NCBI GenBank assembly: GCA_002362065.1
Contig: DESX01000013.1
Span: 1,567 to 65,566 of the forward strand
DNA from: Solobacterium sp. UBA3303
GTDB lineage: Bacteria > Bacillota_I > Bacilli_A > Erysipelotrichales > Erysipelotrichaceae
DNA length: 64,000 bases
Reading direction: 5' to 3'
Under the pieces are notes generated by a model that had not been told where the DNA came from, searched no databases, and saw only the letters and a program-made list of their open reading frames with translations. Below are positions 30,116 through 41,023 of this stretch, piece by piece. Each line of letters begins with the position of its first letter. Position 1 is the stretch's first letter. A program made the translations under genes and the position numbers.

Positions 30116-30278
30116 GGCTTTTTAAGCGAACCGTAAGAAGAAAGCTACTTGTAACCATCAAAGAAGAGATGGTAATATTGAGATAGAGATGTATATATGA
30201 AAAGCAAAATGTATCCGATATGATAGAGGTCGTTTTTTATGTATGCAGATCCATTTTTTAGGAAAGAAGGAGAAAAAG

Positions 30279-31463
30279 ATGAAGAAATTTCTTACGTTAG
30301 CTCTCGCTGTCCTCCTCACTTTGTGCTTATTTGGCTGCGCAAAGAAGGAAGGCGGAAACGAGGGGAACACTGAACCTGCAGCTGCTGAGGAAGATTACGA
30401 TGTCGTATTCCTCGCTGACTTAGGTTCGATTTATGATGGCGGCTTCAACGAGCATTCATTCTACGGTATCAAGGATTACTGTGAAGAGAATGGTCTGAAG
30501 TACACTTACTTACAGCCAGCAGGCTCCGATGATGCATCCAGAACGACGATCTTCGAACAGGCAGTCAACCAGATGCATGCGGAAGTACTCGTAGCAGTCG
30601 GCTTCTTATGGGATGCTGCACTTTGCCAGGAGATTCCAAACTATCCGGATGTCAAGGTCATCTTCGTCGATGCCGATGACTTGTACAACATCGACTACGA
30701 CTACGATGGTGTCGATGATTCACTTCCTCATCAGGACAACCTGGCTATGATCACATTCGCTGAACAGGATTGCGGTTACATGGCTGGTTACGCTGTTGTC
30801 AAAGACGGTTACAGAAACCTCGCCTTCATGGGCGGTATGGCTGTTCCGGCTGTTGTCAGATTCGGCTATGGCTTCATCGAAGGTGCTGAAGATGCGGCTG
30901 AAGAACTCGGTCTTGCAAAAGGTTCCATCGATATGAAGTACTTCTACACAGGTACATTCGATGCTTCTCCGGATATCGTTACCAGAGCTTCTGAATGGTA
31001 CACCAACGGCACAGAGATCATCTTCTCCTGCGGTGGTACGATCGTCAACTCTGTCATCCAGGCTGCTAAGGATGGCGAAAACAGAAAGATCGTCGGTGTC
31101 GATACCGATGAATACTTCACAAGAGCTGCTGACGGCGCTGAAAACGAACCGATCTTCGTCACTTCTGCTATGAAGGACCTCGAGATCACGATCTACAGAG
31201 CTGTCAAGGCTGCTTACGCCGGTGGTTCTGAATGGAAAGCTTACACTGATGCCGGTCTGATCCGCTTAGGTGCTAAGGAAGACGGCGCGATCTTGGCTCC
31301 ATACAGAGCTGAAAACTGGAATACATTCACAGAGGATGATTACAACGCTGTCAAACAGCAGGTCATCGCTGTTCATGACACTCTGCCGACGGAAGTTGAC
31401 GGTGTCAACGGTGCTCCGGTTGATGGTTACGAATACGTCAACGTTACTTATTTCGAGCAGTAA
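30279..31463 (+). CDS. BMP family nucleoside-binding lipoprotein
   Basis: Lipobox LFGC; DGGFN, GYMAG, IVGVDTD, TSAMK motifs; SD aaggag. Confidence 0.92.
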   Translation: MKKFLTLALAVLLTLCLFGCAKKEGGNEGNTEPAAAEEDYDVVFLADLGSIYDGGFNEHSFYGIKDYCEENGLKYTYLQPAGSDDASRTTIFEQAVNQMHAEVLVAVGFLWDAALCQEIPNYPDVKVIFVDADDLYNIDYDYDGVDDSLPHQDNLAMITFAEQDCGYMAGYAVVKDGYRNLAFMGGMAVPAVVRFGYGFIEGAEDAAEELGLAKGSIDMKYFYTGTFDASPDIVTRASEWYTNGTEIIFSCGGTIVNSVIQAAKDGENRKIVGVDTDEYFTRAADGAENEPIFVTSAMKDLEITIYRAVKAAYAGGSEWKAYTDAGLIRLGAKEDGAILAPYRAENWNTFTEDDYNAVKQQVIAVHDTLPTEVDGVNGAPVDGYEYVNVTYFEQ

Positions 31464-31485
31464 TTTAATCGATCTGATGATATAA

Positions 31486-31520
31486 AAGAGAGGTGCTGCA
31501 AGGCACCTCTCTTCGCCTTT
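31486..31520 (+). terminator. Intercistronic stem-loop (partial terminator / mRNA stabiliser)
   Basis: aagagaggtgc-tgcaag-gcacctctctt directly after the binding-protein gene. Confidence 0.65.
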
Positions 31521-31538
31521 ATTTGTGAAAGGATAGAT

Positions 31539-33077
31539 ATGGAAAACACGGAAAATATCATTGAATTCCGTCACATAACAAAGAGGTTCCCGGGCATCAT
31601 CGCCTGCAATGATATCTCACTGGATATCCGCAAAGGAGAGATCCACGCCTTGCTTGGTGAAAACGGCGCGGGAAAATCCACGCTGATGAGCGTCCTTTTT
31701 GGTATGTATACGCCTGAAGAAGGCACGATAGCGATCAGGGGGAAAGAAGTAAAGATCACCAATCCGCGCGTCGCTACGGAACTGGGTATCGGTATGGTGC
31801 ATCAGCATTTCAAACTGGTTCAGAATTACACAGTCTTACAGAATATCATTTTAGGCAGTGAGACCCTCAAAGGACCGTTCCTTGATATGGACAGCTGCCG
31901 CAAGAAGGTCGTAGAGCTCTCGGAAAAGTACGGGCTGGCGATCGATCCGGATGCCCTCATTGAAAACATCACGGTCGGTCAGCAGCAGCGCTGCGAGATC
32001 TTAAAGATGCTGTATCGAGAAGCTGAGATACTGATCTTTGATGAACCTACGGCTGTTTTGACTCCGCAAGAGATCGATGAACTTATGGAGATCATGAAGG
32101 GACTGGCCAAGGAAGGCCATACGATCCTGTTCATCTCCCATAAACTCGAAGAAATAAAAAGAGTATCTGACAGGGTCACAGTCTTAAGAAGAGGCAAACT
32201 GATCAAGACCCTGGATGCGGCTTCAACGACGACCACCCAGATGGGCGAACTGATGGTAGGAAGGGAAGTCTCCTTCCACGTCGACAAGAAGCCGGCAGAT
32301 CCGAAAGAAGAAGTACTCAAAGTCGAACATCTGACGATGATCAACGATGAGACCAAGAAGAAAGTCGTCAATGACGTCTCCTTCTCCGTAAGAAAAGGAG
32401 AGATCCTCGCGATCGCGGGAATCGACGGCAACGGACAAAGTGAGCTGATCTACGGTCTGACCGGCATCATGCCGATCAATGAAGGAAAGATCACCATCAA
32501 CGGCGTGGATTATACGAAGAAATCCATCCGTGAACGAAACCTGATCATGTCCCACATTCCGGAAGACAGACACAAGTATGGTCTGATCCTCGATTATCCT
32601 TTGTCCTACAACCTGGCTTTGAAGAATTACTTCAAACCGGATTTCGTATCCAAAACAGGCTTTTTGAAATTCAATAAATTTGACACTTACGCCGATGAAC
32701 TGATCGACCGTTTCGATATCCGTTCCGGTCAGGGCAAGGACACGATGGCCAGATCGATGTCCGGCGGCAACCAGCAGAAAGCGATCGTCGCCAGAGAGAT
32801 CGACCAGAATTCCGATGTCTTAGTGGCCGTACAGCCGACCAGAGGTCTGGATGTCGGTGCGATCGAATTCATTCACAAGCAGCTGGTCGAACAAAGAGAC
32901 AAGGGCAAGGCAGTCTTACTGATGTCGTTTGAACTCGATGAAGTCATGGACGTCGCGGACCGTGTGATCGTCATGTTTGAAGGCGAGATCATGGGCAACC
33001 TCGATCCGAAGAAAGTCTCTGTCGAAGAGATGGGCTTGTACATGGCCGGTGTCAAAAGAGAGGAGAAAGCACAATGA
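31539..33077 (+). CDS. Nucleoside ABC transporter ATPase (CUT2, NupA-like, double NBD)
   Basis: GENGAGKS, VHQHF, DEPT, SGGNQQK, PTRGLDVG motifs. Confidence 0.93.
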   Translation: MENTENIIEFRHITKRFPGIIACNDISLDIRKGEIHALLGENGAGKSTLMSVLFGMYTPEEGTIAIRGKEVKITNPRVATELGIGMVHQHFKLVQNYTVLQNIILGSETLKGPFLDMDSCRKKVVELSEKYGLAIDPDALIENITVGQQQRCEILKMLYREAEILIFDEPTAVLTPQEIDELMEIMKGLAKEGHTILFISHKLEEIKRVSDRVTVLRRGKLIKTLDAASTTTTQMGELMVGREVSFHVDKKPADPKEEVLKVEHLTMINDETKKKVVNDVSFSVRKGEILAIAGIDGNGQSELIYGLTGIMPINEGKITINGVDYTKKSIRERNLIMSHIPEDRHKYGLILDYPLSYNLALKNYFKPDFVSKTGFLKFNKFDTYADELIDRFDIRSGQGKDTMARSMSGGNQQKAIVAREIDQNSDVLVAVQPTRGLDVGAIEFIHKQLVEQRDKGKAVLLMSFELDEVMDVADRVIVMFEGEIMGNLDPKKVSVEEMGLYMAGVKREEKAQ

Positions 33078-34198
33078 GCGTGAAGACGAAAAAGAAATTT
33101 GAGATCGCCAATTACACAGGCTTGTTGTCCTCTTTGATCGCCATCGTCGGCGGTCTGATCATTGCCTTCATAGTACTGATGGCGACCAATCCTTCCAAGG
33201 GCTTATCTGCCTTCGTCACGCTGATCACCGGCGGTTTCCAGCTTGGCGGCATGAAAAACCTTGGAACCCTGTTCTACTTTGCGACCCCGATCCTTTGTAC
33301 CGGCGTTGCGATGTGTCTGGCTTTCCAGGCCGGTATCTTCAATATCGGCGGACCTGGCCAGTATTCGGTCGGTGCTCTTGCAGCGATCTTAACATCTTTG
33401 TATTTTTCCAAGAACCTTCCGGCACCTTTGACCTGGATCGTACCGCTGATCGTTGCGACGTTCGCCGGTGCGGCCTGGGCATTCATTCCGGGCGTTTTAA
33501 AGGCATACTTCAACGTCAACGTGGTCATCGGTACCATCATGTTCAACTACATCGAAATGTACTACATGATGCACTGGATCAATGACTACTGCTACGATGC
33601 AATGAAAGGCCAGACCAGGGCCATCCCGGCGCAGTGCCGTCTGCCGCAGGCATTCATGCCTGCCATCACGCAGAACAAGACGGCAGATATCGGAATTTTG
33701 ATCGCGATCTTGTTTGCAGTACTTGCCTGGGTATTGATCGAGAAGACGAAACTCGGCTATGAACTGAAAGCCTGCGGCAAGAATGCCGAAGCTTCCCGCT
33801 ATGCCGGCATCCGTTCCAAGAGGAACATCATGATCTCGATCTTGCTGTCCGGTGCGCTTTGCGGCCTGGGCGGTGGTCTGACACACTTATCAGCTTCCGG
33901 AACCTACATCACGATGAAGGAACAGCTGGCGGCAGAAGGCTTCAATGGTATCGCAGTATGCTGTCTTGCCAACAACAATCCGCTCGGTGCGATCCTTGGT
34001 GCTTTGTTCCTTGCGTTCCTGACGGTCGGCGGCAACTACATGCAGATCTTCGGTTTCCAGAGAGAGATCGTTTCAGTTATCACATCCGTTATCATTTACT
34101 TCGCTGCATTCTCTTTGTTCCTGAAGCAGATCCTTGAGAGGCTTCTGATGAAACAGAAGACGCAGATCAATAAGGTCACGGGAGAGGAGCTCAAATAG
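33074..34198 (+). CDS. Nucleoside ABC transporter permease (NupB-like)
   Basis: GIFNIGGPGQ, GYELKACGKN...ASRYAG motifs. Confidence 0.9.
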   Translation: MSVKTKKKFEIANYTGLLSSLIAIVGGLIIAFIVLMATNPSKGLSAFVTLITGGFQLGGMKNLGTLFYFATPILCTGVAMCLAFQAGIFNIGGPGQYSVGALAAILTSLYFSKNLPAPLTWIVPLIVATFAGAAWAFIPGVLKAYFNVNVVIGTIMFNYIEMYYMMHWINDYCYDAMKGQTRAIPAQCRLPQAFMPAITQNKTADIGILIAILFAVLAWVLIEKTKLGYELKACGKNAEASRYAGIRSKRNIMISILLSGALCGLGGGLTHLSASGTYITMKEQLAAEGFNGIAVCCLANNNPLGAILGALFLAFLTVGGNYMQIFGFQREIVSVITSVIIYFAAFSLFLKQILERLLMKQKTQINKVTGEELK

Positions 34199-34199
34199 T

Positions 34200-35156
34200 A
34201 TGGAAATGTTCTACTTTATCGCACGATATTTCATGTATTTCTTCATTCCGCTCCTGGTCGTCTCCATCAGCGGCATGTTCTCCGAGCGAAGCGGTGTCAT
34301 CCATATGGGTCTGGATTCCGTCATGGTCTGGTCCTGTATGTGGGGCGTCCTCTGTCTGCAATGGCTCGATGGCGTTGTAGCCGGTCAGCTGAGACTGATC
34401 ATCGCATTGCTGTTTGCCGGTGTCATGGGTGTCCTGCTGACGCTGTTATTGGCGTTTGCGGCCATCAACCTGAACGCCGATCAGACGATCGTCGGCATGG
34501 CGATGAATACCTTTGCGCCAGCCTTCTGTATCTTCTTTGCCAGAGTACTGCAGAATGGTTCGGAACATTTGTCGATCCGCAATGACTTCCTGATCGAAAG
34601 GATACCTGTCCTTGCCGATATACCAATCATCGGTCCGATGTTCTTTACAAGGACCTACATCACCAACTTCATCGGTATTGCGATCTTCATCATTTCGGCG
34701 ATCATCCTCAACAAGACCAGATTCGGTTTGAGAATGTGCGCGTGTGGTGAAAACCCGCAGGCAGCCGAATCCTTGGGTGTCAACGTACAGAAGTACAGAT
34801 ATGCCGCTTTGATCATCGCCGGCTTCATCGGCGGTATGGGCGGTCTGATGTACATCCTGCCGGTTGCGACCCACTACTCGCAGACCGTCGGCGGTTACGG
34901 TTATCTGGCAATGTCGGTTCTGATCTTTGGTCAGTGGCGTTCGATCCCGTTACTTGGTGCGGCAGCGTTCTTTGCTTTCTGCAAGACCATCGCCAACGCC
35001 TATTCCGGTATCCCGCTTTTAAACAACCTGGGTCTTCCGGCTGCGTTCTACAAGAGCCTTCCGTTCATCATCACTTTGATCGCTCTGGCGATCACGTCAA
35101 AGCACGACCACGCGCCAAAGGCGTCCGGTCAGCCTTACGACAAGTCGATGCGTTAA
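34200..35156 (+). CDS. Nucleoside ABC transporter permease (NupC-like)
   Basis: SERSGV, GLRMCACGENPQAA, IFGQW motifs. Confidence 0.9.
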   Translation: MEMFYFIARYFMYFFIPLLVVSISGMFSERSGVIHMGLDSVMVWSCMWGVLCLQWLDGVVAGQLRLIIALLFAGVMGVLLTLLLAFAAINLNADQTIVGMAMNTFAPAFCIFFARVLQNGSEHLSIRNDFLIERIPVLADIPIIGPMFFTRTYITNFIGIAIFIISAIILNKTRFGLRMCACGENPQAAESLGVNVQKYRYAALIIAGFIGGMGGLMYILPVATHYSQTVGGYGYLAMSVLIFGQWRSIPLLGAAAFFAFCKTIANAYSGIPLLNNLGLPAAFYKSLPFIITLIALAITSKHDHAPKASGQPYDKSMR

Positions 35157-35172
35157 TATCTGTCCTTATAAG

Positions 35173-35207
35173 TTCAGCCGGAGCGAATCCGGCTGAATTT
35201 TTTGTTT
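35173..35207 (+). terminator. Intrinsic terminator
   Basis: ttcagccgga-gcgaa-tccggctgaa followed by a T tract. Confidence 0.88.
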
Positions 35208-35225
35208 GTGATATCATCATATCAG

Positions 35226-36044
35226 GTGAAAAAGTTTATTCTTTGTCTCATCATACTGGCTCTTTCCTTCCTCTTCTTTTTTCAGAAGCGGGCTTTTGTA
35301 CATGGGCCAGCCATCTTTTCCTGGCATGACGATGTACTGGATGAGAAAAAGGAAGTCCTTTTTTCCTTAATGAAGGACTACGGACTAAAGGAAGTTTATC
35401 AGTATTTTTCTTCCGGTCTGGAAAATGAAGAGATCCTCTCCTTTATCGAAGAATGCAAAAACAATCAGATCAGAGTCTTTGCTCTGCTGGGAGAGGCAAA
35501 CTGGGCCTTGCAGGAGGACGGGGCTTCTTTGATCAGGGCCATGGAGAGATTTGATGAACTTGAAATCGATGGCTTTGTGATCGATATCGAACCGCATCTG
35601 TTAAAGGATTTCAAGGAAGATGATCAAAGGATCATGGACTGCTTTGCATCCTGTCTGGAAAAGGGGAGAACTTATGCGAAAGAAAAAAACAAGGAATTCA
35701 TCGTCTGTCTTCCATACCATTTTGACCGCTACGAACAGCTTGAAAAGATCATCGATAAAGGCCTTGATACACTGGCGATCATGAATTATTACCGCAGGGA
35801 TGAGATCGCACATCTCGAAACGGAAGCATCCTTGTGTAAGAAATATAACAAGACTCTGATCACGATCTATGAGTTTCAGAAGGCCGGTACTTATGGGCTG
35901 GAAGAGATCAATACGTACCATATGGAAGGATTTGAATCTTTAAGAAGAAGCTATGAATTGATGCGCTTGCATTATAATAAAAATAGTTTTAATTTCGCGA
36001 TCCACGAGTTTGAATCGTTCAAAGAAGCTGAAGCATATGAATGA
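35226..36044 (+). CDS. Exported GH18-like TIM-barrel protein
   Basis: N-terminal signal/anchor; DGFVIDIEP (degenerate DxDxE) and IMNYY. Probable start GTG 35226. Confidence 0.55.
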   Translation: MKKFILCLIILALSFLFFFQKRAFVHGPAIFSWHDDVLDEKKEVLFSLMKDYGLKEVYQYFSSGLENEEILSFIEECKNNQIRVFALLGEANWALQEDGASLIRAMERFDELEIDGFVIDIEPHLLKDFKEDDQRIMDCFASCLEKGRTYAKEKNKEFIVCLPYHFDRYEQLEKIIDKGLDTLAIMNYYRRDEIAHLETEASLCKKYNKTLITIYEFQKAGTYGLEEINTYHMEGFESLRRSYELMRLHYNKNSFNFAIHEFESFKEAEAYE

Positions 36045-36732
36045 GGTATCCAGGCAGGAAAGAAAGTTTCTGATCACATTGGATCAGTATTATCGTTTTA
36101 AGGCGGATCTTGACAAGATCATGATCCCTGACGAACACAATCAGACGGATGGCTATTCGATCCGTTCTCTTTATTATGATTCCATCGATGACCGGGACTT
36201 CGAAGAAAAGGAAGAGGGCATCGAGCTAAGACGAAAGATCCGTTTAAGGAACTATGGTCCGGATACACCGTTTGCTCTGCTGGAGATGAAGCAGAAGGAA
36301 GGCTCCAACCAGAAGAAGCGTTCCCTTCGCTTGAGCAAAGAGGATGCATCGCTTTTATGCAAGGGCATCTATTCTCCGCTTTTGACAAGTGATGAGAAGT
36401 TTGGTCTTGAATGTTATGCATTAATGAATATGCACTGCTACCGGCCAAAGGCGATCGTGGAATACAAGCGTCAGGCATATATTGCCAAGGAAAACAGGAT
36501 CAGGGTGACCTTTGACCATCACATCATCGGCACGGAATCCAATTACGATGTCTTCGATGCGGATCTGCAGCAGTTTCCTCTGCTGGACCCGTATCTTGTG
36601 GTCATGGAAGTCAAATACAATGGCTTTTTGTTAAGCTATATCAAAGATATGTTAAGACAATGTGATCGAAGTGAACTGTCGGTAGGCAAATATGCCTTAT
36701 CGCGGACTTTGAGCAAGCATTTCAATTTTTAA
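36037..36732 (+). CDS. VTC-domain (polyphosphate polymerase-like, CYTH fold) protein
   Basis: RQERKF, IRSLYYDS, KIRLRNY, LEMKQK, RVTFD, MEVKY, GKY; start ATG 36037. Confidence 0.88.
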   Translation: MNEVSRQERKFLITLDQYYRFKADLDKIMIPDEHNQTDGYSIRSLYYDSIDDRDFEEKEEGIELRRKIRLRNYGPDTPFALLEMKQKEGSNQKKRSLRLSKEDASLLCKGIYSPLLTSDEKFGLECYALMNMHCYRPKAIVEYKRQAYIAKENRIRVTFDHHIIGTESNYDVFDADLQQFPLLDPYLVVMEVKYNGFLLSYIKDMLRQCDRSELSVGKYALSRTLSKHFNF

Positions 36733-36743
36733 GGGGAAAGAGA

Positions 36744-37421
36744 ATGAGTACATTTATTTCGGAACTGATCAATGAAAGCGGCGTACTGACTTTGCAGGAG
36801 ATCGTGATGCATATCACTGCCTCAGCGATCTTAGGCTTTATCGTCTACCTGTCCTACTGGTATACCCATGCGGGAACCGCCTATTCCAAGAAATTCAACG
36901 TTTCCTTGCTGACACTGGCGATCCTGACCGGCACAGTCATGACCGTCATCGGCAACAACATCGTCCTTTCTTTAGGTATGGTCGGTGCACTTTCCATCGT
37001 ACGTTTCCGTACAGCGATCAAGGATTCAAGAGATACGACCTACATCTTCTGGGCGATCATCATCGGTATCTGCTGCGGTGTCGGTGACTACGTCGTTGCC
37101 GGTATCGGCTCAGCCGTGACGTTTATCATCCTGCTGCTGCTTGGAAGAGTACGCAATGAAAACAGGATCTTACTGATCATCCGTGCCTCCAAGGCAGACA
37201 GCTCCAAGATCGAAGAACTGGTCTTTTCCTATTTTGACAAGAGGGCACTACTTAGAGTCCGCAATACAACAAGAGATCATGTCGAGCTGATCTATGAAAT
37301 GCCTCGCAGCATCTGGCAGCTCAACTATAAGAAAGATACCGATATCGCTGACGCTTTATACGCTCTTGAAGGCGTGGAATACGTCAATACCGTCACACAG
37401 TCTGATGAGATAACGGGGTAA
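36744..37421 (+). CDS. DUF4956 membrane protein
   Basis: SLGMVGALSIVRFRTAIKD motif; follows the VTC gene. Confidence 0.9.
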   Translation: MSTFISELINESGVLTLQEIVMHITASAILGFIVYLSYWYTHAGTAYSKKFNVSLLTLAILTGTVMTVIGNNIVLSLGMVGALSIVRFRTAIKDSRDTTYIFWAIIIGICCGVGDYVVAGIGSAVTFIILLLLGRVRNENRILLIIRASKADSSKIEELVFSYFDKRALLRVRNTTRDHVELIYEMPRSIWQLNYKKDTDIADALYALEGVEYVNTVTQSDEITG

Positions 37422-37424
37422 GCG

Positions 37425-38945
37425 ATGTCGAAAGGCTCCCTGATCACGTTTGTCCTGGTCGCGGCAGTCTTAGGCTTTTCCTTCTTTTTTGAGCGAAGCG
37501 AAAACCTGATCGTCAGATCAAGACACGAACAGCACAAAGAATACGCATCCGTAAGCGATCTCGGTGAAGATCCTTTTAAGGATGCCTCTTTGTCTAGCCA
37601 CCTGCCGATCCTTGTGATCGAAACAGGCGGGCAGAAGATCCCGGGGGCTCCAGTCGCCAATGCGCTTGGACATCTCGACCACTACGAACTTTCCGATGAC
37701 GGCTCAGACCAGATCAAAGTGAAAGTATCCGAGATCTCCAAAAAAGATTCCTGGCACCACGACAGCGATGAAGCAGACAAGAGCTACGATGCTTTGTTTC
37801 GCATACGCGGCAACTCTTCACGCTGGTTTTCCAAAAAATCCTACCGTATCCGTCTTGTCGATGAAACCCTTCAGGATATCGATGCGCCATTCCTTGACAT
37901 GAAGGAAGGAAATCAATGGGCACTCTACGGACCATTCCTTGACAAGACTTTGATCCGCAATTACATGTGGATGAATATTGCCTCCAGGATCATGCCTGGC
38001 TACACGCCGGAAGTTCGTTTCTGCGAAGTTATGATCGATGGCGAATACCAGGGCGTTTATGTTCTGATGGAGATGATCGAAACGGGTGATGGCCGTGTCG
38101 ATCTGAGTGAATATGAACCGGGCGATCTGGCCATGAGCTATATGGTCAGGATCGAACCGCGCGTCAATCCGGAAAAACAGGTCGATAATTTCTCTTTCTA
38201 TACCTATCGCATGGAGACAGGAAGGAATGTTGAGATCATCTATCCGCCTTTGAAATACCAGGATGAGAGAGTCAAACGCTATGTCGAGACCGACCTTTCG
38301 GAAGTGGAACGCAAGATCTTCGGTGCGGAAACAGCCGATGGAAGCCATGCCTGGAAAGACGAGATCGATCTTGACAGCTTCATCAATTACTACATCATTG
38401 AAGAATTTTTAGGTATCAACGATACCTTCTCCGCTTCGACTTATTTTTACCGCGATGTCAGAGGAAAACTCTGCATCGGTCCGGTCTGGGATTTCAACAA
38501 CGCGCTTGACAACTTCTTCCAGCCGGTGCCGGACGATGATTTCATCCTTGCACAGAGAGGCTGGTTTGCCCAGATGATGAAGGACAAGGATTTCGTCGAA
38601 CGCGCCATACGCCGCTACAAACAGCTAAGAGAAGGCATCCTATCCGATGAAAACCTTTTGACATACATCAAAGAGACCGAAGACTACCTTGGTCCGGCGA
38701 TCGAAAGAAACTTCGAAGTCTGGGGCTACTCCTTTGACCCGGATAAGGTCACAAGCAGAGAGAGACGCAGTTTTATGGAGGGAGGCCTGGATGGCATCCA
38801 TACGCTGAATCCGGAAGATTATGCCGAGGCAAACGAGATGATGATCGATTATCTGCTAGATCATTCCCACTGGCTCGATGAAAACATCGATTCCTTACGC
38901 CAGTATTGTCATCCGTCCAAGTTCTCCGGACAGATCATTGAATAG
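37425..38945 (+). CDS. CotH-family kinase, exported or membrane-anchored
   Basis: IRGNSS, KKSYRI, DKTLIRN, YQGVYVLME, GPVWDFN; N-terminal TM. Confidence 0.88.
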   Translation: MSKGSLITFVLVAAVLGFSFFFERSENLIVRSRHEQHKEYASVSDLGEDPFKDASLSSHLPILVIETGGQKIPGAPVANALGHLDHYELSDDGSDQIKVKVSEISKKDSWHHDSDEADKSYDALFRIRGNSSRWFSKKSYRIRLVDETLQDIDAPFLDMKEGNQWALYGPFLDKTLIRNYMWMNIASRIMPGYTPEVRFCEVMIDGEYQGVYVLMEMIETGDGRVDLSEYEPGDLAMSYMVRIEPRVNPEKQVDNFSFYTYRMETGRNVEIIYPPLKYQDERVKRYVETDLSEVERKIFGAETADGSHAWKDEIDLDSFINYYIIEEFLGINDTFSASTYFYRDVRGKLCIGPVWDFNNALDNFFQPVPDDDFILAQRGWFAQMMKDKDFVERAIRRYKQLREGILSDENLLTYIKETEDYLGPAIERNFEVWGYSFDPDKVTSRERRSFMEGGLDGIHTLNPEDYAEANEMMIDYLLDHSHWLDENIDSLRQYCHPSKFSGQIIE

Positions 38946-38950
38946 AGATT

Positions 38951-41023
38951 ATGAGACGATTCGTTGCGATATTGACAGTTTTGTTCCTGGTCATGGTGGG
39001 TTTCTACTATTCTTACTTCCATGCCGGATTCTATTTCGTAAGTGATGATCAGCCGATCAGCGCATTTTCCTATGCGGCAGGCAAAGAGATCTGCGTCAAT
39101 GAAGAAAAGACAGATATCCGCTGTGTCGATCTTTCCGCATCCCTGCCGGGGAAAAATTACATGGATTTCTCCATGAAAAAAGAAGATTATCTGGAGTGCT
39201 TTTCTCTGATCGAAGATTTAGGAGCCAACGCGGTCCGCGTCTCTTCGATCATGGATCAGGACTTCTACGATTCCTTTTTTGAGTACAACCAGACAAAAGG
39301 AAAGCTGTATTTGATACAGGGCATCTCCTTCAGTGATGCGATCCGAAAGAGTGTAAGGGATGGCTATGATTCCGGTCTTTACGATGAGCTTATCTCAACG
39401 GGAAAGACCGCCATCGATATCATTCACGGCAAAAGGGACATCTTCAATTTTGCCAGAGGCGAGTACGGTTTCTTCCGAAAGGACCTCTCAGATCTCGTAC
39501 TTGGCTTTGAACTGCTGGGCGGTTTTGATCCGGATATGGTCTCCTATACCGACCATCGTTTAGTCAAGGCTAAAACAAGCAGGCGAAATTACGTTTATCC
39601 GTCCGAAGACGCCTCCGTGTTTGAAACTCTGCTTTGTGATGCCATGGATGAGCTGTTCAGCTATGAAGGAAACAAGTATGGAACGCAAAGGCTCATCGGC
39701 GTGCAGATCGACAAGGGCACAGACCTCGTCCATTACGAAGAAGTCTACGAACGCCAGTTAAGCAAGTATGCCTACATCGATCCGCAGCATATCCAGACCA
39801 CTGAAACCAACAAAGCGGGATTCTATGTCGATTACCATCTTTCGATGACGATGATGGACCATGACATCGATCCTTCCACGCAGAAAGCCTACAAGGTACT
39901 TGAAGATCTGAATGAAAGCTACAGCTCCTATTGCGGAATGCTTGGAAGATACCATACGATGCCTTTGATCGCGACTTTCTCGGCCACGTCGGGCTTTCTT
40001 GCGGACAACGTCAATGATGAAGCCAATGATGAGACCATGCAGGGGCAGGAACTCGTCAATACATATAAGACCGTGAAAAACTGCGGTTTTGCCGGTGCAG
40101 CTGTCTCATCCTTGCAGGATATCTATTCGGCAAGCAGTTTCAATACCGCTTTCGCAACAGACACGTCCAACGCCTATTTATGGCACGAACTCTTGTCCGA
40201 AGGACAGAACTCCGGCCTGGTCGCTTTTGAAGCGGAGAGCTCACATTTTGCGGATGGCGATGGAAGCGAATGGAAGGCCGAAGATCTTGTGATCGACGCC
40301 GAAAAGAAAGTCTATCTTTCTTATGATTATGAAGGTCTCCATATCTTTGTCAAAGACGCAAAGGAAAGCGATCTGCTCTACCTTCCTATTGATACAAATG
40401 ACAGCCTTGGTGCAAGGAAAGCCAATGTCTGTCCGTTTGGCTTTGACCGGGCTGCCGACTTCATTTTGAAGATCCATGGAACAGATGATACGATCCTCTA
40501 TGTTCAGGAAAGACAGGATGCGACAAGAGAAAACTTCCGCTACGAGATGGAAGGTGAGAACGCCTTCAGCGATGTTCCGGAGGCGGATACCAATCAGTTC
40601 GTGATCGTCAATTTTGCTTTGAACAATCCTTATCTCACCGACAAGATCGATCCGCAAAGCCGTGCCTTGCAAAGACTGGGCAAACAGGAAGCCGGAAGGC
40701 TCATCCGCGGTAATGGCAACCCATATGATGCGAATTATGATTCTTTGAGCAGTTTCTGCTTTGGTGAAGATGGGGTTGAAGTATTGATCCCATGGCTGAT
40801 GTTAAATGTCGGGGATCCTTGCAACATGCGGATCCATCAGGACTACTATCGTAATTACGGTGTCGATTTCAAGAAGATCGACAAGATCTATATCGGCCTG
40901 AGCAGTGATGCAAGAGTCATTGAACTCAAACCATTCAGTGTCAAAGGCTGGGGCGATGTGAAATATGTGATGCGGACGAAGAAGAGCTATGAAGTTTTAG
41001 GAAATGTCTGGAGGGCTGAATAG
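38951..41023 (+). CDS. Membrane-anchored glycoside-hydrolase-like protein (TIM barrel plus probable beta-sandwich)
   Basis: N-terminal TM; LGANAVRV, LYLIQG, DGDGSEW, EVLIPW motifs. Confidence 0.55.
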   Translation: MRRFVAILTVLFLVMVGFYYSYFHAGFYFVSDDQPISAFSYAAGKEICVNEEKTDIRCVDLSASLPGKNYMDFSMKKEDYLECFSLIEDLGANAVRVSSIMDQDFYDSFFEYNQTKGKLYLIQGISFSDAIRKSVRDGYDSGLYDELISTGKTAIDIIHGKRDIFNFARGEYGFFRKDLSDLVLGFELLGGFDPDMVSYTDHRLVKAKTSRRNYVYPSEDASVFETLLCDAMDELFSYEGNKYGTQRLIGVQIDKGTDLVHYEEVYERQLSKYAYIDPQHIQTTETNKAGFYVDYHLSMTMMDHDIDPSTQKAYKVLEDLNESYSSYCGMLGRYHTMPLIATFSATSGFLADNVNDEANDETMQGQELVNTYKTVKNCGFAGAAVSSLQDIYSASSFNTAFATDTSNAYLWHELLSEGQNSGLVAFEAESSHFADGDGSEWKAEDLVIDAEKKVYLSYDYEGLHIFVKDAKESDLLYLPIDTNDSLGARKANVCPFGFDRAADFILKIHGTDDTILYVQERQDATRENFRYEMEGENAFSDVPEADTNQFVIVNFALNNPYLTDKIDPQSRALQRLGKQEAGRLIRGNGNPYDANYDSLSSFCFGEDGVEVLIPWLMLNVGDPCNMRIHQDYYRNYGVDFKKIDKIYIGLSSDARVIELKPFSVKGWGDVKYVMRTKKSYEVLGNVWRAE

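Noticed and set aside
29981..30136. 51-codon ORF inside the structured intergenic region
   Set aside because: No SD and it runs through the terminator; the RNA-structure explanation fits better.
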